DNA of 64,000 bases from Candidatus Marinacidobacterales bacterium (GTDB lineage: Bacteria > Acidobacteriota > Vicinamibacteria > Marinacidobacterales > SMYC01), in the NCBI GenBank assembly GCA_965237955.1, contig OZ250169.1, positions 480,001 through 544,000 on the forward strand. The letters are read 5' to 3'. Positions 52,454 to 62,700 of this stretch are shown here, one piece after another; position 1 is the stretch's first letter, and each line of letters starts with the position of its first letter. The notes under the pieces were generated by a model. That model searched no databases. It saw only the letters and a program-made list of their open reading frames with translations, and was not told the DNA's origin. The position numbers were made by a program, and so were the translations under genes.

Positions 52454-54565
52454 ATGAACCACAGCGAGATCGCCAGCTTCATTTGGAGCGTGGCGGATCT
52501 GATCCGCGACACCTTCAAGCGAGGCAAGTACCAGGACGTGATCCTGCCGCTCACCGTGCTGCGTCGGCTCGATTGCGTGCTGACCCCCACGAAGCGGAAG
52601 GTGCTAGCGGTCCAGGCCAAGTATAAGGGCAGGATCGAAAACCTCGACCCACAGCTTCGGCGCGCATCTGGATTCGCGTTCTACAACACGTCCCGCTACG
52701 ACTTCGAGAAGCTACTCGCCGACGCCCCCCACATCGCTCAAAACCTGCGCAACTACATCGCCGGGTTCAGCCCCAACATGCGCGAGGTGCTGGATAAGTT
52801 CGACTTCGACAACACCATCACCAAGCTCGAAGAGGCGGGGCTCCTGTTCCAGGTCGTGCAGCGGTTCGGCGATCCGAAAGTGAACCTCCACCCAGACGTG
52901 ATCGACAACTTCACGATGGGCACTATCTTCGAGGAACTCATCCGGAAGTTCAACGAGGCGCTGAACGAGAACCCGGGTGAGCACTTCACCCCCCGTGACG
53001 TCGTCCATCTCATGGTCGACCTGCTGCTGGCCGGCGACAAGGAGCGGCTACGCACGAAGGGGGTCGTGCTGAGTGTCTACGACCCGTGCTGCGGCTCGGG
53101 CGGCATGCTCACCATCGCCAAGGAGCACATCACCGTCGGAGAGAGACGCGAGGGCGAACGCCGCGGCGACGCCGTGAACCCGGACGCCGACACCCATCTG
53201 TTCGGCCAGGAGGTGAACCCGGAGACCTTCGCGGTCTGCAAGTCGGATCTCTTCATGAAGTCGGAAGACGGCCGCGACGCGGAGAACGTCCTCTTCGGAA
53301 GCACGCTCTCAAACGAACGGCACGCCGGTGCCACCTTCGACTATATGATTGCCAATCCGCCCTACGGCAAGGACTGGAAGCGCGACGAAGACGCGGTGCG
53401 GAGCGAGCACGACCGAGGCACCGCCGGGCGCTTCGCGCCCGGTCTGCCACGGATCAGCGATGGCCAGCTCCTGTTCCTGCTGCACATGCTCGCGCACACC
53501 AAGGAGCGGGCCCAGAGTGGCTCCCGGGTCGCGATCATCATGAACGGCTCGCCGCTCTTCACCGGCGATGCCGGCAGTGGCGAGAGCGAGATTCGCCGCT
53601 GGATCCTCGAGAACGACTTGCTCGAAGCGCTGATCGCACTGCCCGAGCAGCTCTTCTACAACACCGGTATCGCGACCTACGTCTGGGTGCTCACGAACAG
53701 GAAACGGCCTGAGCGCGCTGGCAGGGTCCAGCTCATCGATGCCACCTCGTTTTGGGTCTTGCTGCGCAAGAGCCTGGGCGCCAAGCGTCGCGAGATCCCG
53801 TTCGACCGGAAGGAAGACATCCTCCGGCTACTGGCCGACTTCGAGGACGGCGCGACCCGCAAGGTCGTCCAGGACGGCGCGGAGCGCGAGGTCGTCGTCA
53901 GCCGCGTGTACCCGACCACGCACTTCGGCTTCCGCAAGATCACGGTCGAACGCCCGCTCAAGCTCGACTTCCAGGCCAGCCCCGAGAGGATCGCGCGGCT
54001 CGACGACGAGCGCGCCTTCGTCAACTTGGCGGTGTCGCGCAAGAAGGGCGCGGCCAAGGACAGAGACGAGGAGTCGGGCCGGGAGCAGCAGGCCGCGATT
54101 CGAACCGTGCTCCGGAGTCTGCCGGACAAGCTCTTCCTGGATCGGGCAGTCTTCGAAGCTGAGCTTTTCCGGGCAGCTCGAAAGGCGAAGCTCAAGCTCG
54201 CTGCCCCCATCAGGAAGGCTATTCTCTCCGCGTTGTCCGAACGCAACGACGAGGCGGAGATTTGCCGAGACCGGGAGGGTCGCTCCGCGCCCGATCCGGA
54301 GTTCCGCGACACGGAGAACGTGCCCCTTCTGGAGGATGTCGAGTCGTTCTTCGAGCGGGAGGTGAAGCCCCACGTTCCCGACGCGTGGATCGATATAACA
54401 CGCCGCGATCCACAGGATGGGGAGGTCGGGCTCGTGGGCTACGAGATCAACTTCAACCGGTACTTCTACGAGTACCGCCCGCCCCGCCCGCTGGAGGAAA
54501 TCGAGGCTGACATCCAGCAGGTGGAGAAAGAGATCGTCGCCATGCTACGGGAGGTGGCGGGTTGA
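52454..54565 (+). CDS. hsdM: Type I R-M methyltransferase subunit
   Basis: GEHFTPRDVV, YDPCCGSGGML, ANPPYG, LFYNTGIATY. Confidence 0.95.
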   Translation: MNHSEIASFIWSVADLIRDTFKRGKYQDVILPLTVLRRLDCVLTPTKRKVLAVQAKYKGRIENLDPQLRRASGFAFYNTSRYDFEKLLADAPHIAQNLRNYIAGFSPNMREVLDKFDFDNTITKLEEAGLLFQVVQRFGDPKVNLHPDVIDNFTMGTIFEELIRKFNEALNENPGEHFTPRDVVHLMVDLLLAGDKERLRTKGVVLSVYDPCCGSGGMLTIAKEHITVGERREGERRGDAVNPDADTHLFGQEVNPETFAVCKSDLFMKSEDGRDAENVLFGSTLSNERHAGATFDYMIANPPYGKDWKRDEDAVRSEHDRGTAGRFAPGLPRISDGQLLFLLHMLAHTKERAQSGSRVAIIMNGSPLFTGDAGSGESEIRRWILENDLLEALIALPEQLFYNTGIATYVWVLTNRKRPERAGRVQLIDATSFWVLLRKSLGAKRREIPFDRKEDILRLLADFEDGATRKVVQDGAEREVVVSRVYPTTHFGFRKITVERPLKLDFQASPERIARLDDERAFVNLAVSRKKGAAKDRDEESGREQQAAIRTVLRSLPDKLFLDRAVFEAELFRAARKAKLKLAAPIRKAILSALSERNDEAEICRDREGRSAPDPEFRDTENVPLLEDVESFFEREVKPHVPDAWIDITRRDPQDGEVGLVGYEINFNRYFYEYRPPRPLEEIEADIQQVEKEIVAMLREVAG

Positions 54566-54589
54566 CCATGTTCTTAAAGGGACGTCGTT

Positions 54590-54851
54590 CGCTAACGAGA
54601 GACCCGCGGCGCTACCCCCCGACTTCTACGAGGACACCGTGCGCGCGCAACGCCGGCAGGAACTGCATCGGCAGATCGCGACGAACATCGACAGTCCGGC
54701 TCAGCTCGCGGACTCCGGCGAGGAGCTGCGGGACTTCCTAGGACCAATCGGGGACAGATTGATCGAGAAGAGTCCGTTCAAGCAGGTCCTGCCCGCTGGC
54801 GGGCCCTGGCGGCCGGGGACTCAGCCTGGCACGGAAGGCGAAGGACTGTGA
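54590..54851 (+). pseudogene. AbiEii-like nucleotidyltransferase C-terminal remnant
   Basis: PAALPPDFYED...GEELRDFLGP...PAGGPW; no start codon; GTGA overlap with hsdS. Confidence 0.5.
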
Positions 54852-56233
54852 CTGAGGTGACTGATCAGATCGGAGAGGTGCGACCCCGGCGATTCCGGCC
54901 TTACCCAGAGTACAGGGACTCCGGCGTCGAGTGGCTGGGTAAGATCCCAACCCATTGGAAGGTGATAAGACTCAAGACTATGGCCTCGGTGCAACTGAGC
55001 AATGTCGACAAGAAGTCCAAAGCAGGCCAGGTTCCCGTGAAGCTCTGCAACTACGTCGACGTCTACTACAACGACCGTATCACGGCCGAACTCGAGTTCA
55101 TGAATGCAACTGCCACACCCGAGCAGGCGCGACGATTCCTGCTTCGGATTGGCAACGTTGTGATTACCAAGGATTCTGAATCCTGGGATGACATCGCAGT
55201 GCCTGCTGTCGTGGCAGAAGACCTAACGGACGTGCTGTGTGGATACCACTTGGCACAGATCAAGCCGCGACCGGACCTCGATGGCCGGTTTCTTGCCCGC
55301 CAGTTCTCGGCGATTGGCGTGCGAGATCAGTTCCACATTGCAGCGAATGGAATAACCAGGTTCGGCCTGGGTGGAGACGCGATCCGCACTGGCCTCTTTC
55401 CGATCGCGCCGGTCGAAGAACAACGCGCCATCGCCGCTTTTCTCGACCGCGAGACGGCGAGAATCGATGGGTTGGTGGCGAGAACGGAGCGGTTGGTCGA
55501 GCTGCTTCAGGAGAAACGCACCGCGCTCATCACCCGCGCCGTCACCCGGGGCCTCGACCCGAACGTTCCGATGAAAGACTCTGGCGTCGAGTGGCTGGGC
55601 AAGATCCCGGCGCATTGGGAGGTGAAAAGGACGAAGTTCGCGGCCACGCTGCGGTCAGGGCACACCCCCAGCCGACAGAACCCGGAGTATTGGAAGGACT
55701 GCACCATTCCGTGGTTTGGTCTCGCCGACGTCTGGCAAATACGGGACGGGCAGGTCGAATACGTGCACGTAACAGCTGAGAAGATCAGCGAAATTGGAAT
55801 GGCGAACTCTGCTGCGAGGCTCCTGCCGGAGGGGACAGTGATTCTGTCGCGCACCGCATCAGTAGGGTTCTCGGCAATCCTTGGCGTTGATATGGCAACG
55901 ACGCAGGACTTCGTCAACTGGATTTGCGGGCCATTCCTGCAACCCGAGTACCTTCTATACGTCCTTCGTGCCATGGGATCGGAATTTCGGCGTCTCAAGA
56001 TGGGCTCAACGCACCAGACCATCTACATGCCTGATGTCGGTCGCTTCTCAACACCCGTTCCACCGGTTCTCGAGCAGGATCAGATCGTCGCTTTCATTCG
56101 AAAGGAGACCGCAGTTATCGACGCCCTCATCGCCAAAGTCCACCAAGCCGTCGGCCACCTAAAAGAATTCCGCACCGCCCTCATTTCCGCAGCGGTCACC
56201 GGCAAGATCGATGTCCGGGAGGAAGTGTCATGA
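54848..56233 (+). CDS. hsdS: Type I R-M specificity subunit
   Basis: Two DSGVEWLGKIP.HW blocks, two TRDs, EQRAIAAFLD, LISAAVTGKIDV. Confidence 0.95.
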   Translation: MTEVTDQIGEVRPRRFRPYPEYRDSGVEWLGKIPTHWKVIRLKTMASVQLSNVDKKSKAGQVPVKLCNYVDVYYNDRITAELEFMNATATPEQARRFLLRIGNVVITKDSESWDDIAVPAVVAEDLTDVLCGYHLAQIKPRPDLDGRFLARQFSAIGVRDQFHIAANGITRFGLGGDAIRTGLFPIAPVEEQRAIAAFLDRETARIDGLVARTERLVELLQEKRTALITRAVTRGLDPNVPMKDSGVEWLGKIPAHWEVKRTKFAATLRSGHTPSRQNPEYWKDCTIPWFGLADVWQIRDGQVEYVHVTAEKISEIGMANSAARLLPEGTVILSRTASVGFSAILGVDMATTQDFVNWICGPFLQPEYLLYVLRAMGSEFRRLKMGSTHQTIYMPDVGRFSTPVPPVLEQDQIVAFIRKETAVIDALIAKVHQAVGHLKEFRTALISAAVTGKIDVREEVS

Positions 56234-59200
56234 GTCCCGAGATCTCGGAGCGGGCCTTCGAGGAAGCGATCGAGTGCGCGCTGTTGCGCCACGGGCCCGA
56301 CGCCTGCCCGGACGATGCGACCGCGGTGCAGGAGTCGGCGCTGGCGTACGGCGACGAGCCGGTGCCGGGAGGCGGCTACCGCAAGCGCCGACCAGGGGAC
56401 TACGACCGGAGTCTCTGCCTGATTCCGGCCGATGTCGTCGATTTCCTCCTGGCCGCCCAGCCCAAGGAGTGGGAAAAGCTCACGCAGCACTACGGGGCCG
56501 ACGTGAAGCCGCGCTTCCTCGGCCGGCTCTCGCGCGAGATCGGCCGGCGGGGGGCACTCGACATACTGCGAAACGGCGTCAAGGACTCGGGCTGCAAGTT
56601 CCGGCTGGCGTACTTCCGGCCGTCGAGCGGGCTCAACGAGGAGCTGCAGCGCCTACACGCGGCCAACCTCTTCTCCGTAGTGCGCCAGCTCCGCTTCAGC
56701 GAGCACGGTGAGGAGAGCCTCGACCTTGTGCTCTTCCTGAACGGCATCCCCATCTTCACGGCCGAGCTCAAGAACCCGCTCAACGGCCAAGACATCGAGG
56801 ACGCGATCCGACAGTACCGGACTCGCCGCGATCCGCGAGATCCGCTCTTCGCCTACGGGCGCTGCCTTGCCCACTTCGCGATAGACCCGGAGATGGTGTT
56901 CGTGACGACCCGGCTAGTCGGGCCCGCGACCCGTTTTCTGCCTTTCAACCAAGGGCGCTTCGGCGGCGCGGGGAATCCACCAGTGCCGCCCACCCGTCCG
57001 GGCTTCCCGACCGATTATCTGTGGGAGCAGATCTGGGCCCGGAACAGTGTCCTCGACCTGGTCCGCCAGTTCATCCACGAGGTCGAGGAGGAGGAGGACG
57101 ATCGTGGACGCAAGACCGGCAAGCGCTTTCTGATTTTTCCCCGCTACCAGCAACTCGACTGCGTGCGCCAGCTCGTCCGCCACGCTCGCAACCACGGCAC
57201 CGGCGAGCGCTACCTGATCCAGCACTCAGCCGGCAGCGGCAAGAGCTTCACCATTGCTTGGCTCGCCCATCAGCTTTCTGTGCTGCATGATAGCGAGGAC
57301 CGGCGGATTTTCGACTCGGTCGTCGTGGTGACAGATCGGCGCGTGCTCGACCGCCAACTCCAGCGAACCATCCGGCAGTTCGAGCAGACCCTCGGCGTGG
57401 TGGAGAACATTGACCAGACCTCCCGCCAGCTTCGCGAGGCCCTCGAAGCTGGCCGGACGATCATCGTCACCACCCTGCAGAAGTTCCCTGTCATCGCCGA
57501 GCAGATAGGCGGACTTCCCGGCCAGCGCTTCGCCGTGATCGTGGACGAGGCACATTCATCACAGTCCGGCGAGAGCACGAAGAGCCTGAAGGCGGTGCTC
57601 GCGGCAGGGAGCCTTGAAGACGCCGAAAAAGAGGAAGCGGGTGCCGAGACCCCGGAAGAGGAGGTCGAGAACCGGATCCTCAAGGAAATTCGAAGTCGTG
57701 GACGGATGCCGAACCTCTCGACGTTCGCCTTTACGGCGACCCCGAAGCCCAAGACCCTTGAGCTCTTCGGCCGGAAGCGACCGGACGGAAAGTTCGAGCC
57801 CTTCCACCGCTACAGCATGCGCCAGGCGATCGAAGAAGGGTTCATCCTCGATGTGCTCGCGAACTACACGACCTACAAGGCGTACTGGCGTCTGCTGAAG
57901 AAGATCGAGGACGACCCGCGGTACGACAAGCGACAGGCGGAGTATCTGCTCAAGTCCTTCGTCGAGCTGCACCGGCATGCGATCCGCGAGAAGATCGCTA
58001 TCTGTGTGGAGCATTTCGCGGCACAGGTCGCGGGCGAGATCGCCGGGCGGGCCAAGGCGATGATTGTGACGCGCTCGCGCCTGCACGCGGTACACACCAA
58101 GCTCTCCCTGGATCGCTACTTGGCCGAGAAGGGCCATCCCTGGAAAGCGCTCGTCGCCTTCTCTGGAACGGTGAAGGACCGTGGCGAATCCTACACGGAG
58201 TCCGGCATGAACTCGGCCGGTCAAGAGCGGGTCATCGGCGAGCGGCAGACGGCAGCCGAGTTCGACAAGCCCGAGTACCGCTTCCTGGTGGTTGCCAACA
58301 AGTTCCAGGCCGGTTTCGACCAGCCCCTGCTCCACACGATGTACGTGGACAAGAAGCTCGGCGGTGTGAACGCGGTCCAGACGCTGTCCCGCCTGAACCG
58401 CACGCATCTCGGCAAGAAGGGCACGATGGTGCTCGACTTCGCCAACGAAGCCGAGGAGATCAGGAAGGCTTTCGAGCCGTACTACGAGACCACTTTGCTC
58501 TCGGAGGAGACCGACCCTAACCTCCTCTACGAGGTTCAGGGCAGACTGCTCAACTTCGGCGTGTTCATGTCCGACGATGTCGAGACCTTCGGGCGGATGT
58601 ACTTCGATCCCAAGTCGACCCAGGACAGGCTCTACGCGGCGCTGGAACCCGCGCGACAGCGCTTCGTCGAGCTTGCGCCCGCCGAGGGGCGCGACTTCCG
58701 CGGCCAGCTCACCGACTACGTACGCCTGTACGTCTTTCTATCCCAAGTGCTGAGATTCGCCGACCCTGACCTTGAAAAGCTCTACGTTTTCGCCCGACAC
58801 CTCCGGCGCCTGCTGCCGGCCAGCCGTGAGGAGTTGCCTCGCGAGGTTCAGCAGAACATCGACATGGAGTCTTTCCGTATCCAACAGACGAGCCGCGGCC
58901 GGATCCCGCTGGAACGGCAGGTTTGGCCGCTCGAACCCGTCGGGAGCAAGTTGCACAGCGGCCTCGGCACGCAGGAGCTGGAGGCGCTCTCGCGGATCAT
59001 CGAGGCGTTGAACGAGCGCTTCGGCCTGAACCTCGGCCCCGAGCACCGCGTCACGCTCGAGCACATTCGCTCGGCCCTCGACGACGACGCCGGCCTCGAC
59101 GCCAGCGCCCGGGTGAACACGCGCGAGAATGTGCGGCTGACCTTCGACCCCAAGGTTGAGGACAAGATCCAGGAGATCGTCGAGACCAACTTCGAACTGT

Positions 59201-59772
59201 ACAAGCGGATCACCGACGACCTCGACTTTGGCCGGACGTTCAAGAACTTCCTCTTTGACGACTACATCCGGCGGCACCGACGAGCAGAGGAGCTGCTCAA
59301 GCTCCAAGAATCAAAGACACTCGAGTTCAAGTCGAGCCTGCGCTGGAACCTGCAGGAGGATCGCAAGGACGACAAGCACGTGACCCACGCGGCGCTCAAG
59401 GCTATCGCCGCGTTCCTCAACACCGAGGGCGGTGACCTTCTGGTCGGCGTGGACGACAACCGCGAAGTTCTTGGCATCGAGAATGACCGGTTGGAGACCG
59501 AAGACAAGTTCATGCGGCACTTGGCCCAGGCCGTGCGCAATGGTCTCGGTGACCGCGCCGCCACCTGCATCGATCCGAAGGCACAGATCGTCAAGGGCAA
59601 GACCATCTGCCTCGTGAGCTGCCAGCGGAGTCCCGAGCCGGTGTACTTGCAATGGAAGGGCTTGGAGAAGGCCAGTGACGGCGATCTCTACGTCCGGAGC
59701 GGCCCGGGTACAGTGCGACTCGGCGAGGAGGACGCCGAGAAGTACGTCGCCACCAGATTCGGCTCGAAGTGA
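56230..59772 (+). CDS. hsdR: Type I R-M restriction subunit with C-terminal Schlafen/AlbA_2 domain
   Basis: PIFTAELKN, HSAGSGKS, DEAHSSQ, FTATP; then ESKTLEFKS...AAFLNTEGGDLLVGVDD...LYVRSG. Confidence 0.93.
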   Translation: MSPEISERAFEEAIECALLRHGPDACPDDATAVQESALAYGDEPVPGGGYRKRRPGDYDRSLCLIPADVVDFLLAAQPKEWEKLTQHYGADVKPRFLGRLSREIGRRGALDILRNGVKDSGCKFRLAYFRPSSGLNEELQRLHAANLFSVVRQLRFSEHGEESLDLVLFLNGIPIFTAELKNPLNGQDIEDAIRQYRTRRDPRDPLFAYGRCLAHFAIDPEMVFVTTRLVGPATRFLPFNQGRFGGAGNPPVPPTRPGFPTDYLWEQIWARNSVLDLVRQFIHEVEEEEDDRGRKTGKRFLIFPRYQQLDCVRQLVRHARNHGTGERYLIQHSAGSGKSFTIAWLAHQLSVLHDSEDRRIFDSVVVVTDRRVLDRQLQRTIRQFEQTLGVVENIDQTSRQLREALEAGRTIIVTTLQKFPVIAEQIGGLPGQRFAVIVDEAHSSQSGESTKSLKAVLAAGSLEDAEKEEAGAETPEEEVENRILKEIRSRGRMPNLSTFAFTATPKPKTLELFGRKRPDGKFEPFHRYSMRQAIEEGFILDVLANYTTYKAYWRLLKKIEDDPRYDKRQAEYLLKSFVELHRHAIREKIAICVEHFAAQVAGEIAGRAKAMIVTRSRLHAVHTKLSLDRYLAEKGHPWKALVAFSGTVKDRGESYTESGMNSAGQERVIGERQTAAEFDKPEYRFLVVANKFQAGFDQPLLHTMYVDKKLGGVNAVQTLSRLNRTHLGKKGTMVLDFANEAEEIRKAFEPYYETTLLSEETDPNLLYEVQGRLLNFGVFMSDDVETFGRMYFDPKSTQDRLYAALEPARQRFVELAPAEGRDFRGQLTDYVRLYVFLSQVLRFADPDLEKLYVFARHLRRLLPASREELPREVQQNIDMESFRIQQTSRGRIPLERQVWPLEPVGSKLHSGLGTQELEALSRIIEALNERFGLNLGPEHRVTLEHIRSALDDDAGLDASARVNTRENVRLTFDPKVEDKIQEIVETNFELYKRITDDLDFGRTFKNFLFDDYIRRHRRAEELLKLQESKTLEFKSSLRWNLQEDRKDDKHVTHAALKAIAAFLNTEGGDLLVGVDDNREVLGIENDRLETEDKFMRHLAQAVRNGLGDRAATCIDPKAQIVKGKTICLVSCQRSPEPVYLQWKGLEKASDGDLYVRSGPGTVRLGEEDAEKYVATRFGSK

Positions 59773-59887
59773 TCTCCACCCGACTAGTCTGCTTTTACGA
59801 GATATCCGAATGTGTGCCACTCTCCCTGTCGGGTGGTTTGATGACGTTGTCAAAAGCGAAATCAAGCCGCTCAAGAAAGGAGCCGAT

Positions 59888-61005
59888 ATGGGAAGTCTGC
59901 TACGAAGGGTCAAGGAACGCAAGAAGACGCGTCGTCTAGGTGAAGTAGAGGTCATGGAGCAAGAGGGATACGGGGAGCTCGAGGTGGACTCGAAGGTCGA
60001 GATGATCCGCGCACTGGTGCCTCTCGGCCTGATGCATGTTCACGAGTTGCTGGACGCCGAGGTCAGTGAGCTTAGGTGGACGAGTTGCTTCTACGAAGAG
60101 TGATGTACGGGATCTCGTGCCGGAACTATGAGTCGGCGGCGGAATTGGTCCCGGGCGCGATCGGTCTGTCGAGTTCGTCGGTGTCGCGCGGCTTCGTCGA
60201 AGCAAGCGCAGCGAAGCTGCGTGAGATGCAGGAGCGTGATCTCTCGGGTGAGGACGTGGTGGCGATGGTCCTGGACGGCAAGACGTTCGCCGACGCGACG
60301 ATGGTGGTGGCTCTCGGCATCACGTTATCCGGGGACAAACGCTTCCTCGGCTTCGTGGAGACAGACACTGAGAACGAGCGTGTTCTTAGGCCGTTCCTGC
60401 GTTCATTGGTCGAGCGGGGTCTCGATATCTCTGAAGGGCTGCTGGTGGTCATCGACGGCAGCAAGGGGCTGCGAGGAGCCGTGACCAAGGCCTTTCGCAG
60501 GCGGGTCGTCGTGGGCCGTTGCCAGTGGCACAAACGAGAGAATGTCGTGCGCTATTTGTCCAAGAGCGAGCAGTCGTTGTGGCGCAAGCGGCTGCAGCGC
60601 GCGTACGGCCGGCCGACGCACAAGGAGGCGCTTGAGGCCCTCGAGCAACTCCACCGCGAGCTGGAAGAGAGGAATCAGTCTGCGGCCTCTAGCCTCGAAG
60701 AGGGGCTGGAGGAGACCCTGACCTTGCATCGTCTTGGCGTGTACGGGGTGCTCGGTCACTCACTAAAGACGACGAACTGCATCGAGTCCGTCAATGCGCT
60801 TATCGAGGAACGTTGCGCGAAGGTCGATCACTGGAAGACTTCGAACCAACGCCAACGCTGGCTCGCGACCGCGCTCACCGACATCGAGCCGCGCCTCCGG
60901 AAGGTGATGGGCTACCGACACCTTCCAAAGCTGCGTGAAGCGCTCAAGCGTGAACTGAAGATCGAGACCGCGAAAAAGAATACGTCGAGGAAGAACGTTG
61001 CTTAA
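59888..61005 (+). pseudogene. IS256-family transposase with internal deletion and frameshift near 60075
   Basis: N-terminus ...LLDAEVSEL joins out of frame to VMYGISCRNY...VLDGK...VIDGSKGL...RCQWHKREN...TTNCIESVN. Confidence 0.8.
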
Positions 61006-61079
61006 ACGAACCGGGAGCCGTGGACAATTTCAACTAAGCATCGTACGCGCAGGGCTCGCGATCTATCTGGGTAGAAACT

Positions 61080-61281
61080 CCAGTGCTGCATGGAGCGTCC
61101 GTTTCATACAATAGCGGGAGCATCCGGGAACCGAGGCCGACTCAACACTGGTGCGATCCAGCCCGTAACTAAGCATGGCCCGGGGATGTTTCGGCACTGT
61201 CAGTGGTGACACGCGTGAGCGTGATCCCGTTTAGGAGAATGTAACGAATGCCCATCCCTGTTCCCGGATGCTTCACGAAGT
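61080..61281 (+). ncRNA. Putative IS110 bridge/seek RNA (limits approximate)
   Basis: Non-coding left end holds AACTAAGCAT (61167-61176) and TTAGGAGAATG (61231-61241), identical to the two junctions. Confidence 0.7.
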
Positions 61282-62685
61282 ATGAAGGAGCATCTGATGA
61301 AGCACAATCGTCGTCAACCCAAGAAGCGGACTTCTCCATCCCTGCTGAAGCAAATCAACGTGAATGTCGCTGGGATCGATTGCGGCTCGGCCGAGCATTT
61401 CGTCGCAGTTCCACCGGAGCGCGATCCTAAACCGATCCGTTCCTTCAGGAGTTTCACGGCCGATCTTCATCGGCTCGCCGACTGGCTCGCGACTTGCGGC
61501 GTGACGAGCATCGCGATGGAGTCGACCGGCGTCTACTGGATCGCACTGTATGAAATCCTCGAAGCCCGTGGCTTCCAGGTCCTCTTGGTCAACGCGCGCC
61601 ACGTCAAAAACGTCCCGGGGCGCAAGAGCGATGTCAGCGATTGCGAATGGCTCCGGGAGTTGCACAGCGTGGGGTTGCTCCGCGGAAGCTTTCGACCCGA
61701 AGCAGCCATCACCGCCCTTCGTGGCTACCTCCGCCACCGAGAGACTCTCGTTCAGAGTGCGGTAACCCATATCCAGCGCATGCAGAAGGCTCTCGTGCAA
61801 ATGAATCTTCAACTCCACCTTGTGGTCACTGATATCACGGGTGTCACTGGCATGCGGATTCTACGAGACATCGTTGCCGGACAAACCGACCCCCATCGGC
61901 TCGCTAAGCACCGTGACCACCGTTGTCAGTCCTCCGAGGCCGAGATCGCCGCTGCACTCACCGGCAACTATCGCCCCGAGCACCTCTTCGCTCTCAAGCA
62001 GAACCTCGAACTCTTTGATGCTTTTCAGCTCCAGATCCAAACCTGTGACGTGGCCATCGAATCGCACCTGCAGCTTCTAGCTCAACGCTCAACCCCGAAC
62101 ACCTCCTTGCCACCGCCTCGAAAATCGCGCAAGCCCCGAGTGAACGAACCTCGGTTCGAGCTCCGGCCTCTCCTCCACCAGATCGCCGGGGTCGACCTCT
62201 CCCAGATCGACGCCATCGGACCCTATTCCGCGCTTCGCTTGCTCGCCGAGATCGGTACCGATATGAACCGATGGCCTACTGAAAAGCACTTCACTTCCTG
62301 GCTTACCCTCGCGCCCAATAACAAAATCTCCGGCGGGCGACTCCTCAGCTCGAAAACACAACCCTCTGCAAACCGCGCCGCTGGCATTCTCCGCATGGCC
62401 GCACTCAGCCTCGGGCGTACACAGACCGCTCTCGGCGCCTACTATCGACGTCTCGCCTATCGCGTCGGTAAATCCAAAGCCATCACCGCCACCGCTCGAA
62501 AGCTCGCCATTCTCGTCTACCGCACTCTCAAGGATGGGCTCGTCTATCAAGACCCCGGGGCCGCCGCCTACAACGCTCAAGATCGCTCCCGTGCCGTGCG
62601 CCGCCTGACCCAACGCGCCGCTGACCTCGGTTTCGCTCTCATCGACACTCAAACGGGCGACGTCGTTCAGGCGGTAGTTTCTTAG
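61282..62685 (+). CDS. IS110-family DEDD recombinase/transposase
   Basis: AGIDCG, AMESTG, RKSDVSD, C-terminal ISGG serine motif, ATARKLA. Confidence 0.93.
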   Translation: MKEHLMKHNRRQPKKRTSPSLLKQINVNVAGIDCGSAEHFVAVPPERDPKPIRSFRSFTADLHRLADWLATCGVTSIAMESTGVYWIALYEILEARGFQVLLVNARHVKNVPGRKSDVSDCEWLRELHSVGLLRGSFRPEAAITALRGYLRHRETLVQSAVTHIQRMQKALVQMNLQLHLVVTDITGVTGMRILRDIVAGQTDPHRLAKHRDHRCQSSEAEIAAALTGNYRPEHLFALKQNLELFDAFQLQIQTCDVAIESHLQLLAQRSTPNTSLPPPRKSRKPRVNEPRFELRPLLHQIAGVDLSQIDAIGPYSALRLLAEIGTDMNRWPTEKHFTSWLTLAPNNKISGGRLLSSKTQPSANRAAGILRMAALSLGRTQTALGAYYRRLAYRVGKSKAITATARKLAILVYRTLKDGLVYQDPGAAAYNAQDRSRAVRRLTQRAADLGFALIDTQTGDVVQAVVS

Positions 62686-62700
62686 GAGAATGGGCTTGAC

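Larger units (their letters stand above)
61039..62686 (+). mobile_element. IS110-family insertion sequence, AG core at both junctions
   Basis: CAACTA-AG-CATCG at left (core 61037-61038); CTTAGG-AG-AATGGG at right (core 62687-62688). Confidence 0.8.
59782..62700 (+). mobile_element. IS256-family element with an IS110 inserted in its right TIR
   Basis: Left end GACTAGTCTGCTTTTACGAGATAT aligns without gaps (13/24) to the reconstructed right end GTCAAGCCCATTCTTAGTTGAAAT. Confidence 0.65.
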
